Source: an uncultured bacterium
Lineage (GTDB): Bacteria; Eisenbacteria; RBG-16-71-46
Reading direction: 5' to 3'
DNA: 64,000 bases
Assembly (NCBI GenBank): GCA_964434945.1
Contig: CAYSWZ010000221.1
Coordinates: forward strand, 4,485-68,484
A program made the translations under genes and the position numbers. Positions 1 to 8,769 of this stretch are shown in pieces. Each line of letters starts with the position of its first letter. Within the stretch, counting starts at the first letter, position 1. The notes under the pieces were generated by a model. It was not told the origin of the DNA and ran no database searches. It saw nothing but the letters and a program-made list of their open reading frames with translations.

Positions 1-1505
1 ACGAGCGGCGGCAGAACCGAGGCGCCCAGTTCGAAGTTGGGAACGAAGCGCGCCGGGAACTCGGTCGCCTGGATGCCCGCGGAGGGCGCGAATTTCTCGG
101 CATCGCCAAACGTGACGAAATGATCGCGCCACGCCACGAGCCGGCCGCCGGCATCCACCCCGCCCTCGAGATGATGAAAGCCCGCGGGGCGGTAGAAGTC
201 GTGCCGGAGATCGTCCTCGCGCGTCCACAGCAGCTTCACCGGCGCGCCGGCCGCCCTCGCGATCCAAGCGGCCTCGACCATGTAATCGTTGGAGAGCCGC
301 CGGCCGTAGCCGCCACCGGCACGCACGAGATGGATGACGATGTCCGACTCGGGGATGCCCAGCACCTGCGACACCAGCTCCCGGCCGGACTGCGGCGTCT
401 GCGAAGGCGCCCAGATCTCGAGCTTCCCGCCGTCCATGCGCGCCGTACAGTTCTGCGGCTCGAGCGTCGCGTGCGAGAGGAAGGGATAGGCGTAGGAAGC
501 CCGCACCCGCCGGGCCGCCGAAGCGAGCGCCGCGGTCACGTCGCCGTCCGTCCGCAGCATGCGCCCCGGCGCGGTGTTCGCGAACTCGGCCGCGCGGCGC
601 GCGAACCCCCCGCTCGAGAGCCCGGCCGCGGCGCCTTCGGTCCACTGGACCACCAGTTTCTCGCGCGCCGATTTCGCGGCCCACCAGCTGTCGGCCACGA
701 TCGCCACTCCGGAGAGGAGACCGCTGAGCGCGGTGCCGCCCTCGACCACGAAAACCTGGCGCACCCCGGGCTCGGCGCGCACCGTGTCGAGGTTCGCGGA
801 CGCCACCTTGCCACCGAACACCGGGCACTTCTCGAACACGGCGAAGCGCATGCCGGGAACGCGCACGTCGATCGCATAGAGCGGCCTGCCCAACGTGATC
901 GCCGGCGTGTCCACCCCGCGGCGGGGCGTGCCGATGATCGCGTAGTCCCTGGGATCCTTCAGTCGCACCGACTGGAGATCGGGAGGTGCGAGCGTGGCGG
1001 CGCGCGTGGCGAGCTTCCCGTAGCCGAGCTTCCGGCCGCTTCGCCCGTGCGACACCGCGGACAGGGCGGCGACGCACTCCGATTCGGGCACCTTCCAGGT
1101 GAGTGCCGCAGCCGAGATCAGCATCGCCCGGCCCGCGGCACCCACTCGGCGCTGCACGTCCCAGTTGTTCGGCGTCGCGCGGCTGCCGCCCGCGAACTGG
1201 TCGCCGAATCGTGCCGGGTCACTCGGCGCCTGCTCGATCGTCACTTGGTTCCAGTCCGCGCCCAGCTCCTCGGCGATGAGCATGGGGAGCATGGTCTTCA
1301 CCCCCTGGCCGATCTCGGGATTCTTCGCGACCAGGGTGATCGCCCCGTCCGCGGCGATGCGGATGAACGCGCCGAGTGCCGCCTGCTCGAGCTCGGCGGC
1401 CGAGAGCGGCCGGAAAGGCTCCAGGCAGGGCGCGAGGACGAGCCCGCCGCCGGCGAGCGCGGCCACCCGGAGGAACGTCCGCCGATCGATCAGGGTCGTG
1501 GCCAT
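1..1505 (-). CDS. iorB: Molybdopterin-binding large (beta) subunit of an IorAB-type aldehyde/isoquinoline oxidoreductase; the C-terminal end lies beyond the window start
   Basis: Absent from the ORF track because there is no stop inside the window. The minus frame is open from ATG 1505..1503 to position 1. The N-terminus MATTLIDRRTFLRVAALAGGGL is a twin-arginine signal. In-frame family-typical strings include GQGVKTMLPMLIAEELGADW, SHATLEPQNC and AGGGYGRR. The gene starts 3 nt after the stop of the 2Fe-2S subunit gene. Confidence 0.85.
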   Translation of the reverse strand, partial: MATTLIDRRTFLRVAALAGGGLVLAPCLEPFRPLSAAELEQAALGAFIRIAADGAITLVAKNPEIGQGVKTMLPMLIAEELGADWNQVTIEQAPSDPARFGDQFAGGSRATPNNWDVQRRVGAAGRAMLISAAALTWKVPESECVAALSAVSHGRSGRKLGYGKLATRAATLAPPDLQSVRLKDPRDYAIIGTPRRGVDTPAITLGRPLYAIDVRVPGMRFAVFEKCPVFGGKVASANLDTVRAEPGVRQVFVVEGGTALSGLLSGVAIVADSWWAAKSAREKLVVQWTEGAAAGLSSGGFARRAAEFANTAPGRMLRTDGDVTAALASAARRVRASYAYPFLSHATLEPQNCTARMDGGKLEIWAPSQTPQSGRELVSQVLGIPESDIVIHLVRAGGGYGRRLSNDYMVEAAWIARAAGAPVKLLWTREDDLRHDFYRPAGFHHLEGGVDAGGRLVAWRDHFVTFGDAEKFAPSAGIQATEFPARFVPNFELGASVLPPL

Positions 1506-1508
1506 GCG

Positions 1509-2015
1509 TCAGCGTCCCCCGTCGCCGCTCACGGGAACGCGTGGCGCTCCCGAGGGATTCGCCGCGAGCTCGATCGCCCGCTCTACTCCCGCGCGGATCC
1601 GGAGGTAGGTCGCACAACGGCAGAGATTGCCATCCATCGCGGCGTCGATCTCGGCCCGGGTCGGGCGCGGCTTCTTCGCCAGGAGCGCCGCCGCCGTCAT
1701 GATCTGCCCCGCCTGACAGTAGCCGCATTGCGGGACGTCCAGTTCGCGCCACGCGCGCTGCAGGGGGTGCGAGCCGTCGGCCGAGAGCCCTTCGATGGTC
1801 GTGATCCTCGCCGCGCCCACGCTCGAGACGGGAAGCTGGCAGGAGCGCGTGGCCTGGCCGTCCACGTGCACCGTGCAGGCGCCGCACTGCGCCACGCCGC
1901 AGCCGAACTTCGTGCCCGGCAGGTCCAGCACGTCGCGCAGCACCCAGAGGACCGGCGTGTCGGCCGGCACGTCCACGACCGCCGGCTTGCCGTTCACGGT
2001 GAGCGTGTATTTCAT
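1509..2015 (-). CDS. iorA: [2Fe-2S]-binding small (alpha) subunit of an IorAB-type oxidoreductase
   Basis: 168 aa with cluster motifs [17 protein letters not shown] and [19 protein letters not shown] lies 5 nt upstream of the ATG. Confidence 0.92.
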   Translation of the reverse strand: MKYTLTVNGKPAVVDVPADTPVLWVLRDVLDLPGTKFGCGVAQCGACTVHVDGQATRSCQLPVSSVGAARITTIEGLSADGSHPLQRAWRELDVPQCGYCQAGQIMTAAALLAKKPRPTRAEIDAAMDGNLCRCATYLRIRAGVERAIELAANPSGAPRVPVSGDGGR

Positions 2016-2232
2016 CGGAGTCCTCCCCGGGGTCCTCCCCGGCGGCGCACGGCGACTCTAAACCCTGCCCGCCAGGCAGGGCACGCACGAAACGCGGGGA
2101 GGCCGCCGAGCGCGGGGGCGCGGGAAATGGGCGGGGAACGAACGGGCGGGCGGCATGGCCCGAGCAGTCGTCCACGCGCGCCTAGGCGCAGCGATCCCTC
2201 ACCCTGCAGTTCGCGCAACGGGGCGAAGCGGC

Positions 2233-2610
2233 CTACGCGCCCTTCCGGAGCTGGATCCACAACGACATCTGGTGGTCCTCGATCCCTTCGGGGACGTCCT
2301 TCGCATCGCGCCCGATCTCCTCACCGTCCTGCGTGAGCACGACGCTCACCGTGGCACGGCGGACGTCGGGGGGCAGCGACAGCACGACGATGCACTGGAG
2401 CAGGCGCCCGTCGTTTTCGGCGTTCGGGCGCGGCAGCGGCCACTGATCGAGGTCGTTGTTGATGAAGTTCCCGTACCAGTGCGAGCCGCTGACGAGGGCA
2501 TCGGTCTCCTTCTCCCACAGGCGCAGCTCGTAGGAACCCTCGCGCCGGGGAGTCACCTTCACGGCAGCGACGACACGGCCACCACTTGCCGAGAAACGCA
2601 CGTTCTTCAA
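2233..2610 (-). CDS. Hypothetical protein (125 aa), probable TTG start overlapping the tadA stop
   Basis: Only the C-terminal 125 codons of track ORF 2233..2874 look protein-like (KNVRFSASGGRVVAAVKVTPRREGSYELRLWEKETD...). The in-frame TTG 2610..2608 overlaps the tadA TGA (TTGA) and is preceded by GGGAGGG. The upstream part of the track ORF is Arg/Gly/Pro junk that overlaps tadA. Confidence 0.6.
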   Translation of the reverse strand: MKNVRFSASGGRVVAAVKVTPRREGSYELRLWEKETDALVSGSHWYGNFINNDLDQWPLPRPNAENDGRLLQCIVVLSLPPDVRRATVSVVLTQDGEEIGRDAKDVPEGIEDHQMSLWIQLRKGA

Positions 2611-3125
2611 CGCAGCCCTCCCTCGTCCGGGCCATCGCCCAGGTCCATTTCGACCAGTCCCTCCACCGCCTTCCGCTTCTTGCGGAAGAACTCGCGCAGC
2701 AGCTCGCCACAGTCCCCCGAGAGCACACCGTGCGTGACCGGCACGCGATGATTCAGGCGCCGCTCGCCGAGGACGTCGAGCACCGAGCCGCACGCGCCCG
2801 CCTTGGGGTCGGTGGCGCCGTACACCAGGCGCCCGAGCCGTGCGAGCACGATGGCGCCGGCACACATGGCGCACGGCTCGAGCGTCACGTACAGCGTGCA
2901 GTCCGACAGCCGCCAGCTCCCGAGCGCATTGGAGGCGGCTCCGATGGCGAGGATCTCGGCATGCGCGGTGGCGTCCTGCAGCGCCTCGACCTGGTTGTGC
3001 CCGCGCCCCACGATCGTGCCGTCGTGAACGACGACGCAGCCGACCGGCACCTCGTCGCGGAGCAGCGATTCGCGGGCTTCGCGCAGCGCGGCGCGCATGC
3101 CGGTCTCGTCGTCCACGATCAGCAA
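2607..3125 (-). CDS. tadA: tRNA-specific adenosine(34) deaminase
   Basis: CDA-fold zinc motifs HAEILAI and LEPCAMCAGAI, plus MRAALREA...EVPVGCVVV. The start is ambiguous: TTG 3125, GTG 3116 or ATG 3098. Confidence 0.93.
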   Translation of the reverse strand: MLIVDDETGMRAALREARESLLRDEVPVGCVVVHDGTIVGRGHNQVEALQDATAHAEILAIGAASNALGSWRLSDCTLYVTLEPCAMCAGAIVLARLGRLVYGATDPKAGACGSVLDVLGERRLNHRVPVTHGVLSGDCGELLREFFRKKRKAVEGLVEMDLGDGPDEGGLR

Positions 3126-3129
3126 GCGG

Positions 3130-3858
3130 CTACTTCCCGGTTCCGCTCGAGTCCGGCGCGGGGGGCTTCGGGAACGGCTCGACCCAGCGCTGGCAGATCT
3201 TGAGCAACACTTCCTGGTACGCGGGTGCCTTGGTCGTGTTGCCGACGCCCTCGGTGTTGAGCCCCGAGGCCTTGACGCCGATCACGTTGGCGTCCGCGTC
3301 CTGCTGCTCGCCCTCGAGCGTCTCGTTGCTGCTCGCGGTCCACAGGAGCCGCCCGGTCGAGTCCACCAGCGCGGCGTGCAGCTGCACCGTGGTCGTCGGC
3401 CGGCCGGACTGGCCGGGCTCGAGCTCGCGACGCTCCATCTCGTCCACGCGCACGGTGAGCACCCCGCGCGCGTGCAGCGCGCGGCTCACGTAGGGCGCGT
3501 CGAGCGAATCGAGCCGGGGGTTCTTGAGCAGCTTGTCGCGGAGCGCCTTGGTCAGCGAATCGCCGCCGGCCCTGCTCAGGTAGTCGTTCACGAGGAACGG
3601 CGAGACCCAGTGGTGGCCCGAACCCTTGAGCGCCTGCCCGACCGCGGATTCGACCAGCTTGCGTGACTCCGCGTTGCCGTCGTACGTGGCGGGCGGCAGC
3701 ATGGCGACAGTGGTGACCGGGTAGTGAGCGATGTCGGGCGCGGTCCAGAACCGGTCGCCCAGGCCCTTGCTGCGGTCGGCGGCCAAAGCGGGGGACGCGG
3801 CCGCGAGCAGGCCGGCGGCCAGCACGAGGGCGGGCGAGACGATGCGCGGGTGGAGCAT
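3130..3858 (-). CDS. Exported hypothetical protein
   Basis: ATG 3858 is preceded by GGAGG 8 nt upstream. The signal peptide MLHPRIVSPALVLAAGLLAAASPALAADRS is followed by non-repetitive protein-like sequence. No family recognised. Confidence 0.7.
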   Translation of the reverse strand: MLHPRIVSPALVLAAGLLAAASPALAADRSKGLGDRFWTAPDIAHYPVTTVAMLPPATYDGNAESRKLVESAVGQALKGSGHHWVSPFLVNDYLSRAGGDSLTKALRDKLLKNPRLDSLDAPYVSRALHARGVLTVRVDEMERRELEPGQSGRPTTTVQLHAALVDSTGRLLWTASSNETLEGEQQDADANVIGVKASGLNTEGVGNTTKAPAYQEVLLKICQRWVEPFPKPPAPDSSGTGK

Positions 3859-4022
3859 GTCGAACACCTCCGGAAGCGGGGAGCTCCCTCTCGACCTCAA
3901 GCGTACGGCCGGATGCACGTGCCGCACGAGTGACCCTTCGCGATGCCTACCCCGTTCCGACCTCGTTCCGCCGCGACGGCGCGTTCCCGCGTGGCACGGG
4001 GCCGCGTGGATCCGAGCTCGAA

Positions 4023-4099
<77 letters not shown>

Positions 4100-4148
4100 A
4101 CCTCGATGCCACACCGTGGAGCGGGGCATGATGCGACCTGCGGCGCGC

Positions 4149-4240
4149 TGGCGGAGAGGAGAGGATTCGAACCTCCGAGTCGGTTTTACCCGACTAACCG
4201 CTTAGCAGGCGGCTGCCTTCGGCCACTCGGCCACCTCTCC
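4149..4240 (-). tRNA. tRNA-Ser (anticodon GCU), long variable arm, CCA encoded
   Basis: Reverse complement GGAGAGGTGGCCGAGTGG...GCCGCCTGCTAAGCGGT...GGTTCGAATCC...CTCTCCGCCA. The anticodon loop is CTGCTAA. Length 92 nt with a class II variable arm. Confidence 0.9.
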
Positions 4241-4250
4241 AAGCATGTAC

Positions 4251-4338
4251 TGGCGGAGGGAGTAGGATTCGAACCCACGGAGCTTTCGCTCAGCGGTTTT
4301 CAAGACCGCCGCCTTAAACCACTCGGCCATCCCTCCGC
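4251..4338 (-). tRNA. tRNA-Ser (anticodon UGA), long variable arm, CCA encoded
   Basis: Reverse complement GCGGAGGGATGGCCGAGTGGTTTAAGGCGGCGGTCTTGAAAACCGCTGAGCGAAAGCTCCGTGGGTTCGAATCCTACTCCCTCCGCCA. The anticodon loop is CTTGAAA. Confidence 0.9.
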
Positions 4339-4357
4339 GAGTCCGCCCGGGTGACGG

Positions 4358-4386
4358 ACTATAGACAACGCCCGGCGGGCACTCAA
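4358..4386 (-). promoter_or_regulatory. Sigma-70-type promoter for the tRNA cluster
   Basis: Minus strand reads TTGAGT (4386..4381), a 17-nt spacer, then TATAGT (4363..4358). The -10 element ends 19 nt before the mature 5' end of tRNA-Ser(UGA). Confidence 0.65.
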
Positions 4387-4605
4387 CGTACGACGCCGGG
4401 GTCGCGGTGGGACGTCCGGAGGGTCGAAGCCGCCCCACCCCAAACGCCAGAAGACGAAGGAAACTACCCTGCGCGGGGCTTGCCTGCAAATGCGGCGGGA
4501 GCGCGTTCGGCGGTTGTCACGCCGGTTGCCCGCGCCTGACGTTCGCGGGGTCGCCAACAGCAACGGCCCGGGCCGTATGGTCCGGGCCGTGCGCGTGACG
4601 CTGCG

Positions 4606-5208
4606 TCAGCGCTTCGAAGCGGCCTGCACGCCACCCCCGACCGGACGACCGAGTGCCGTGGCCGCGACCGCGGTCCAGCCCTGCGTGGGCATCTCCCCGC
4701 CGCTCTGGCGGACCCGCCCCTTCACGTCGATCACGAACCAGGCGGTGCGGGAGCGACCGAGGCTGGCGTCGAACACACCGTACTGCTGCCCGATCGCCCC
4801 CTTCGGATCGGCGAGCAGGCTGTACGTGAGGCCGAGCCGGCGGACCGACGCCCAGACGTCCCGGTCGTTGTGCTCGACCACGGCGAGCGGCATGACGCCG
4901 CCCTTCACGAGCGTCTCGCGCTCGCGCTCGAGCGTGCGCAGGTCCACGTCGCTCGCACCGAACACCAGCAGCACGTCGCCGTGCTCGAGCACGTTGTGCA
5001 GGTGCTGCCACAGCGCGTCGTAGGACTGGTACTGGAAATCGGGCGCACGGGACCCGGCGTTGAGCGCGAGCTTGTCCGAGTCCCGGGTCGTACTGGCCGC
5101 GGAGGCGTTGTTGGTGAACGCCACCGGTTGGGCGCCCTTGGCGTCCACGCTGGCAGGCGAAGAAACAGCGGCCAGCAGGCTGACCGCGAAAACCGACACG
5201 AATGACAC
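4606..5208 (-). CDS. Exported thioredoxin-fold redoxin (BCP/AhpC-TSA-like) lacking the peroxidatic Cys
   Basis: APDFQYQSYD...VLLVFGASDVDL...LLADPKGAIGQQYGVFD aligns with the BCP pattern APDF...FYP...PGC...LLSD, but no Cys is present anywhere. Preferred start is GTG 5208, preceded by AGGGGGA, giving the signal peptide VSFVSVFAVSLLAAVSSPASVDA. The track start 5244 is also a GTG. Confidence 0.7.
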   Translation of the reverse strand: MSFVSVFAVSLLAAVSSPASVDAKGAQPVAFTNNASAASTTRDSDKLALNAGSRAPDFQYQSYDALWQHLHNVLEHGDVLLVFGASDVDLRTLERERETLVKGGVMPLAVVEHNDRDVWASVRRLGLTYSLLADPKGAIGQQYGVFDASLGRSRTAWFVIDVKGRVRQSGGEMPTQGWTAVAATALGRPVGGGVQAASKR

Positions 5209-5540
5209 GGCATTCCCCCTGATGTCGAAGCCAGGATGTCGCACACGGAGGCGGGCCGTAGAGGCGCGCTCCCGACCGTCGGTGAGTCATCATTGCAAGT
5301 GGCGCGCCACCCCGCCGCATTGGGTCAGGCGGCCGCAAGTGAAAGCAATCACATGCGGCGCTCGCACGTTCGCGAAGGGTGTTCTCGCCCACGGCGTGCG
5401 TAGTGCAGTCCGAGGCATTGCGGGGCAATCGCGCTGGCGCCCATCGCCGCTGTTGCGCCCGCGGATTCGGTCGCCGCCGTGCCGCGCCTTAGCGCGCGGG
5501 GCGGGCCTGCGCTGCGCGCATGCGACGCGACTCAAAGGCT

Positions 5541-6644
5541 CTACGGCACGGACCCGCACACCGGGGCCGCCGATGCGGCGATTGCATTCGCTGCACGGCA
5601 CCGAGCGCCCTCCCGCTTTCGGCGCATGAACTCCCGGCCGAACATGCTCTCAGCCGTGTGCTGGTTGTGCGCGCGACAGAGGAGCCGGATCCCGCCTGCA
5701 GTCGCCTGCCCGCCGCGCGCGACCGGTTGCACGTGGTCGAACTCGAGACGTGTGCGTGATTCGCAGCGCTTGCCACTGTCCCCCACGAACGTGCATCTCC
5801 CACCATCGCGATCGAGGACGGCCCGCCGAACCGCGGCGGGGATGTGCCGGCTCATCGCGGCGTCGCGTGGCTGGCGTGATCGGGCGCACTTGGCGAACTT
5901 CCGCTTCTCGAGATCGTGGACCAGCGCGGCGAGCGCACGCTCGATGATCTGCGCGACATCGCCGGAGGGCACGGCGTGACCGAGCAGAGCCTGCGCGTAA
6001 CGCAGCAACTCATGCGCGGTCCCGCCGATGGTGACCTGCAGTCCGAACCGGTCTGGCGCCAGCGGCCCAATCCTGCTGCGCGCCGGAAGTGGTTCCATCG
6101 GAACCGGTGGAATGGAGTCAGTCGATGGGACTACTGGTTCTGGAACCAGTTGAAGTGAGGTTGCGTCGGCAGGTCCAGTCACGGGTTCGTCCGCGGGAAC
6201 TGCAGGCGGAAGCGCCTGCAAGACCGCGGGCAGATCGGGTCGCGGGAAGCGCTCGGCGAGCAGCAATTCGATCTCGGCCCTGGTCTTGTGCCTGGCTGCT
6301 ATCAGCAGCCCCTCGGCCGTCTCGGGGCTGAGATGCGGCGCCAGCAGGACCACGGCGGTCAGATGCAGCCGCCCGTCGGCTACAGCAGGGAAGATGTCCG
6401 GGAAGCGGCGTGCAGCGCGCGCCGCCTGGATCCGCTTGTACGCCATGTCCTCCGACATGCGCAGTTCGTGCACGCAATACGAGTACATCGAATCATGCGC
6501 CGCTCGGAGAAACAGCCGTCGCTCGTCCACTTCGGCGATATGGGCGATGAGCGCGGCGGTCGTGACGCGATCCTGCGCGACGAGGGATGCCAGACCATTC
6601 AGGAGCGTGGAATCAGCGAGATGCGACAGCGAGTAGGACGTCAT
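5541..6644 (-). CDS. HNH endonuclease family protein (DUF222-like N-terminal region)
   Basis: The C-terminal HNH core is RCTFVGDSGKRCESRTRLEFDHVQPVARGG...LLCRAHNQH. The N-terminal part resembles the DUF222 region that accompanies such HNH domains in high-GC bacteria. ATG at 6644. Confidence 0.85.
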   Translation of the reverse strand: MTSYSLSHLADSTLLNGLASLVAQDRVTTAALIAHIAEVDERRLFLRAAHDSMYSYCVHELRMSEDMAYKRIQAARAARRFPDIFPAVADGRLHLTAVVLLAPHLSPETAEGLLIAARHKTRAEIELLLAERFPRPDLPAVLQALPPAVPADEPVTGPADATSLQLVPEPVVPSTDSIPPVPMEPLPARSRIGPLAPDRFGLQVTIGGTAHELLRYAQALLGHAVPSGDVAQIIERALAALVHDLEKRKFAKCARSRQPRDAAMSRHIPAAVRRAVLDRDGGRCTFVGDSGKRCESRTRLEFDHVQPVARGGQATAGGIRLLCRAHNQHTAESMFGREFMRRKREGARCRAANAIAASAAPVCGSVP

Positions 6645-6997
6645 AGCGGGTCTCCGCGCCGGGGGACGGTCGCGGGGGCGGCATTGTTTCTATCACACCC
6701 CTGATGGACGCTCGTGCACCCGCGTACGCCTCACCGAGCTAGGTGGGGCGAGAACTGTCCGCACACCGACAGCGACACGTCCTCAGCCCCGATGCTTCGC
6801 GCCGTGGCGCGCATTTCCTGAAGGGGGCTCGGGTCGCGAACCAGCGCGCCCGAGAGCGCTGTCAATTGAAATCGTCGCGAACGTGAGCATTTCGCGCATA
6901 CCTGACGTGTCGGCAAACGTCCGTGGCTGGCGCTGCGTGCAGGTCCAAGCTCGCCCAGGTCGCCGGTTCAATCCGCGCGCATCTTGAATGCACGAAC

Positions 6998-7873
6998 CTA
7001 GAACAGCGTCGTCTGGTCCAGTCGCCCGAGCTGCCGGGCGCGACGCTCGAACGCGAAGTAGCCCCAGCGCGCGAGCAGGGCGAACACGATCGTGGAGCCA
7101 CCGAGCACGAGCAGCACCTGCGTGTCGCTGAAACGCTGCATGAGCCCGCGGGTGCCGTGGCCGGCGAGGAAGCGGCGGATCGCTTCGTACCACCATGTGA
7201 ACGGCAGCGACATCGAGATCCACTGGAGCGGCCTCGGCAGGAGATCGATCGGGAAGATGACGCCACTCAGGAGGTAGCTCGCGAGTGTCGTGCCCTCGAG
7301 GACGACCATGGCGGAACGCATGAGGACCAGGGACCAGCCGGCGAGGAGGAAGCCGAGGAACAGCGTGGACGAGAGGCCCGCGGCCATGGAGGCCGCGAGC
7401 GGGAGCCACTGGACGTGCGCCCAGTCCCAGCGTACGCCGAGCAGGAACCAGCCGGCGGCGAGCGTCACCACGACGCTGACTGTGGCGAGCGCGAACTTGA
7501 CGGACGAGCGGCCGGCCAGGTAGGTGAACATCCCCACCGGGCTCGCGTACACGTACTTGAGCGTCTCGTATTGCTCGCGCTCGTCGAACACCACCCAGCC
7601 CATGCCCACGAGCACCGTCGTCACGTACGAGTGGAATGCATTCGCAACGAAGAAGCCTACGAAGACGCTCAATTCGGCCCCGTGCGAGCGCACGGTCCGA
7701 TACATCACCGCCAGGATCAGCGACGTGGCGAGCGGACGCGCCAGCACGTAGATGCCGAACAGCACCGGGTCGGCCCAATTCCCCTCGACCTGCCAGCCCA
7801 ACCATGCTGCGGTGCGCGCCCGGGCGAGTGAAGTCGCCACCGAGTTCCGCACGGACGCCAGGCTCACTGCCAT
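6998..7873 (-). CDS. ABC-2 type transporter permease
   Basis: 291 aa multi-pass hydrophobic protein. Its start overlaps the stop of the preceding permease gene by 10 nt. Last gene of the ATPase-permease-permease operon. Confidence 0.85.
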   Translation of the reverse strand: MAVSLASVRNSVATSLARARTAAWLGWQVEGNWADPVLFGIYVLARPLATSLILAVMYRTVRSHGAELSVFVGFFVANAFHSYVTTVLVGMGWVVFDEREQYETLKYVYASPVGMFTYLAGRSSVKFALATVSVVVTLAAGWFLLGVRWDWAHVQWLPLAASMAAGLSSTLFLGFLLAGWSLVLMRSAMVVLEGTTLASYLLSGVIFPIDLLPRPLQWISMSLPFTWWYEAIRRFLAGHGTRGLMQRFSDTQVLLVLGGSTIVFALLARWGYFAFERRARQLGRLDQTTLF

Positions 7874-8769
7874 CGCTGCGTCAGCCTCCCCTCACGCTTC
7901 GAGAGTCCCTCGAGATAAGCGAGCGAAACGCGCGCGAGGTAGAGGAAGACGGCGCTGAATGCGGCGAGCGCCAGCGCCTCCAGCGGCAGTGGGAGGAGGC
8001 CGTGCGCGTCGGGTCCGAGCAGCACCTGGCGGATGGCGTCGGTGCCGAGCGTGAGCGGCAGTATCCCCGCGGCGACGGCGCCGAGCCCGCCGAGCGATCG
8101 GATGGGGAAATAGAGTCCGGAGAGAAAATAGACCGGCTCCTGCAGCGCATTCGCCGAGTGCCAGGCCTCTCTCCCATAGAGAAGAAACAGGCTCGACAGC
8201 GTCATGCCCAGCGCATAGAGCGCCACCATGGTGAGCACGAACACGCCTGCCAGCACCCACGGCGAGAACGCGGCGACGTGGATGTGGAACACCCACGCGC
8301 CGATCGCCACGCCCACGAGCGAGCGCAGCCCCGTGGCCGCGAGCCCGCCGATCGCCATGCCGGAGAGGATCGCCATCCGCGAGCACGGCGCCGCGAAGTA
8401 GAGCTGGAGCTGACCCTGCTGCTTCTCCCAGTAGAGCTGCGCGCCCATCCCCCACACGACGTTGATCCAGTAGGTGGAGAGCACGCCGCCCACGACGGCC
8501 AGCGCCTCGTAGGACCTCGGGGCGCCGAGCGCCCGGTAGAGGAGCACGAACGCGCACATGCCGAGGTTGGGAAAGATCGCGTCGGACAGCATCCAGGTCG
8601 GCTCCCGCATCGAGCCCACGATGCGCACGTACGCGCGCGCCAGCATCGCCTGCACGAACAACGTGGACCCGGTGTTGTGTGCCGGCCGCTCGTGATGCAG
8701 GGACGGTCCCGGGCGCGGGATCGTGCCCACGGCTCCCGCGCTGCCGGCACCGAGCCCGACGCCGCTCAT
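7864..8769 (-). CDS. ABC-2 type transporter permease
   Basis: ATG 8769..8767 overlaps the ATPase TGA (ATGA). The hydrophobic sequence FVQAMLARAYVRIVGSMREPTWMLSDAIFPNLGMCAFVLLY... follows. The track ORF 7864..9549 is over-extended through the ATPase gene. Confidence 0.85.
   Translation of the reverse strand: MSGVGLGAGSAGAVGTIPRPGPSLHHERPAHNTGSTLFVQAMLARAYVRIVGSMREPTWMLSDAIFPNLGMCAFVLLYRALGAPRSYEALAVVGGVLSTYWINVVWGMGAQLYWEKQQGQLQLYFAAPCSRMAILSGMAIGGLAATGLRSLVGVAIGAWVFHIHVAAFSPWVLAGVFVLTMVALYALGMTLSSLFLLYGREAWHSANALQEPVYFLSGLYFPIRSLGGLGAVAAGILPLTLGTDAIRQVLLGPDAHGLLPLPLEALALAAFSAVFLYLARVSLAYLEGLSKREGRLTQRWQ

Noticed and set aside
3992-4006. TGGCAC hexamer on the plus strand next to tRNA-Arg.
   Set aside because: The -12 position reads CG rather than GC at N10 spacing, and no plus-strand gene lies downstream.
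4251-4338. Possibility that one of the long-arm tRNAs is tRNA-Sec (selC), which would support the selenoprotein call.
   Set aside because: The anticodon loop CTTGAAA gives anticodon UGA, which reads the Ser codon UCA, not UCA as in tRNA-Sec. The acceptor and T arms are ordinary class II Ser. The other long-arm tRNA has anticodon GCU. No Sec machinery is visible in this window.
4340-6997. Genomic island integrated at the tRNA cluster (redoxin plus HNH region).
   Set aside because: The tRNAs are on the minus strand, so their 3' ends face away from this region. There is no integrase and I found no repeat of a tRNA 3' segment.
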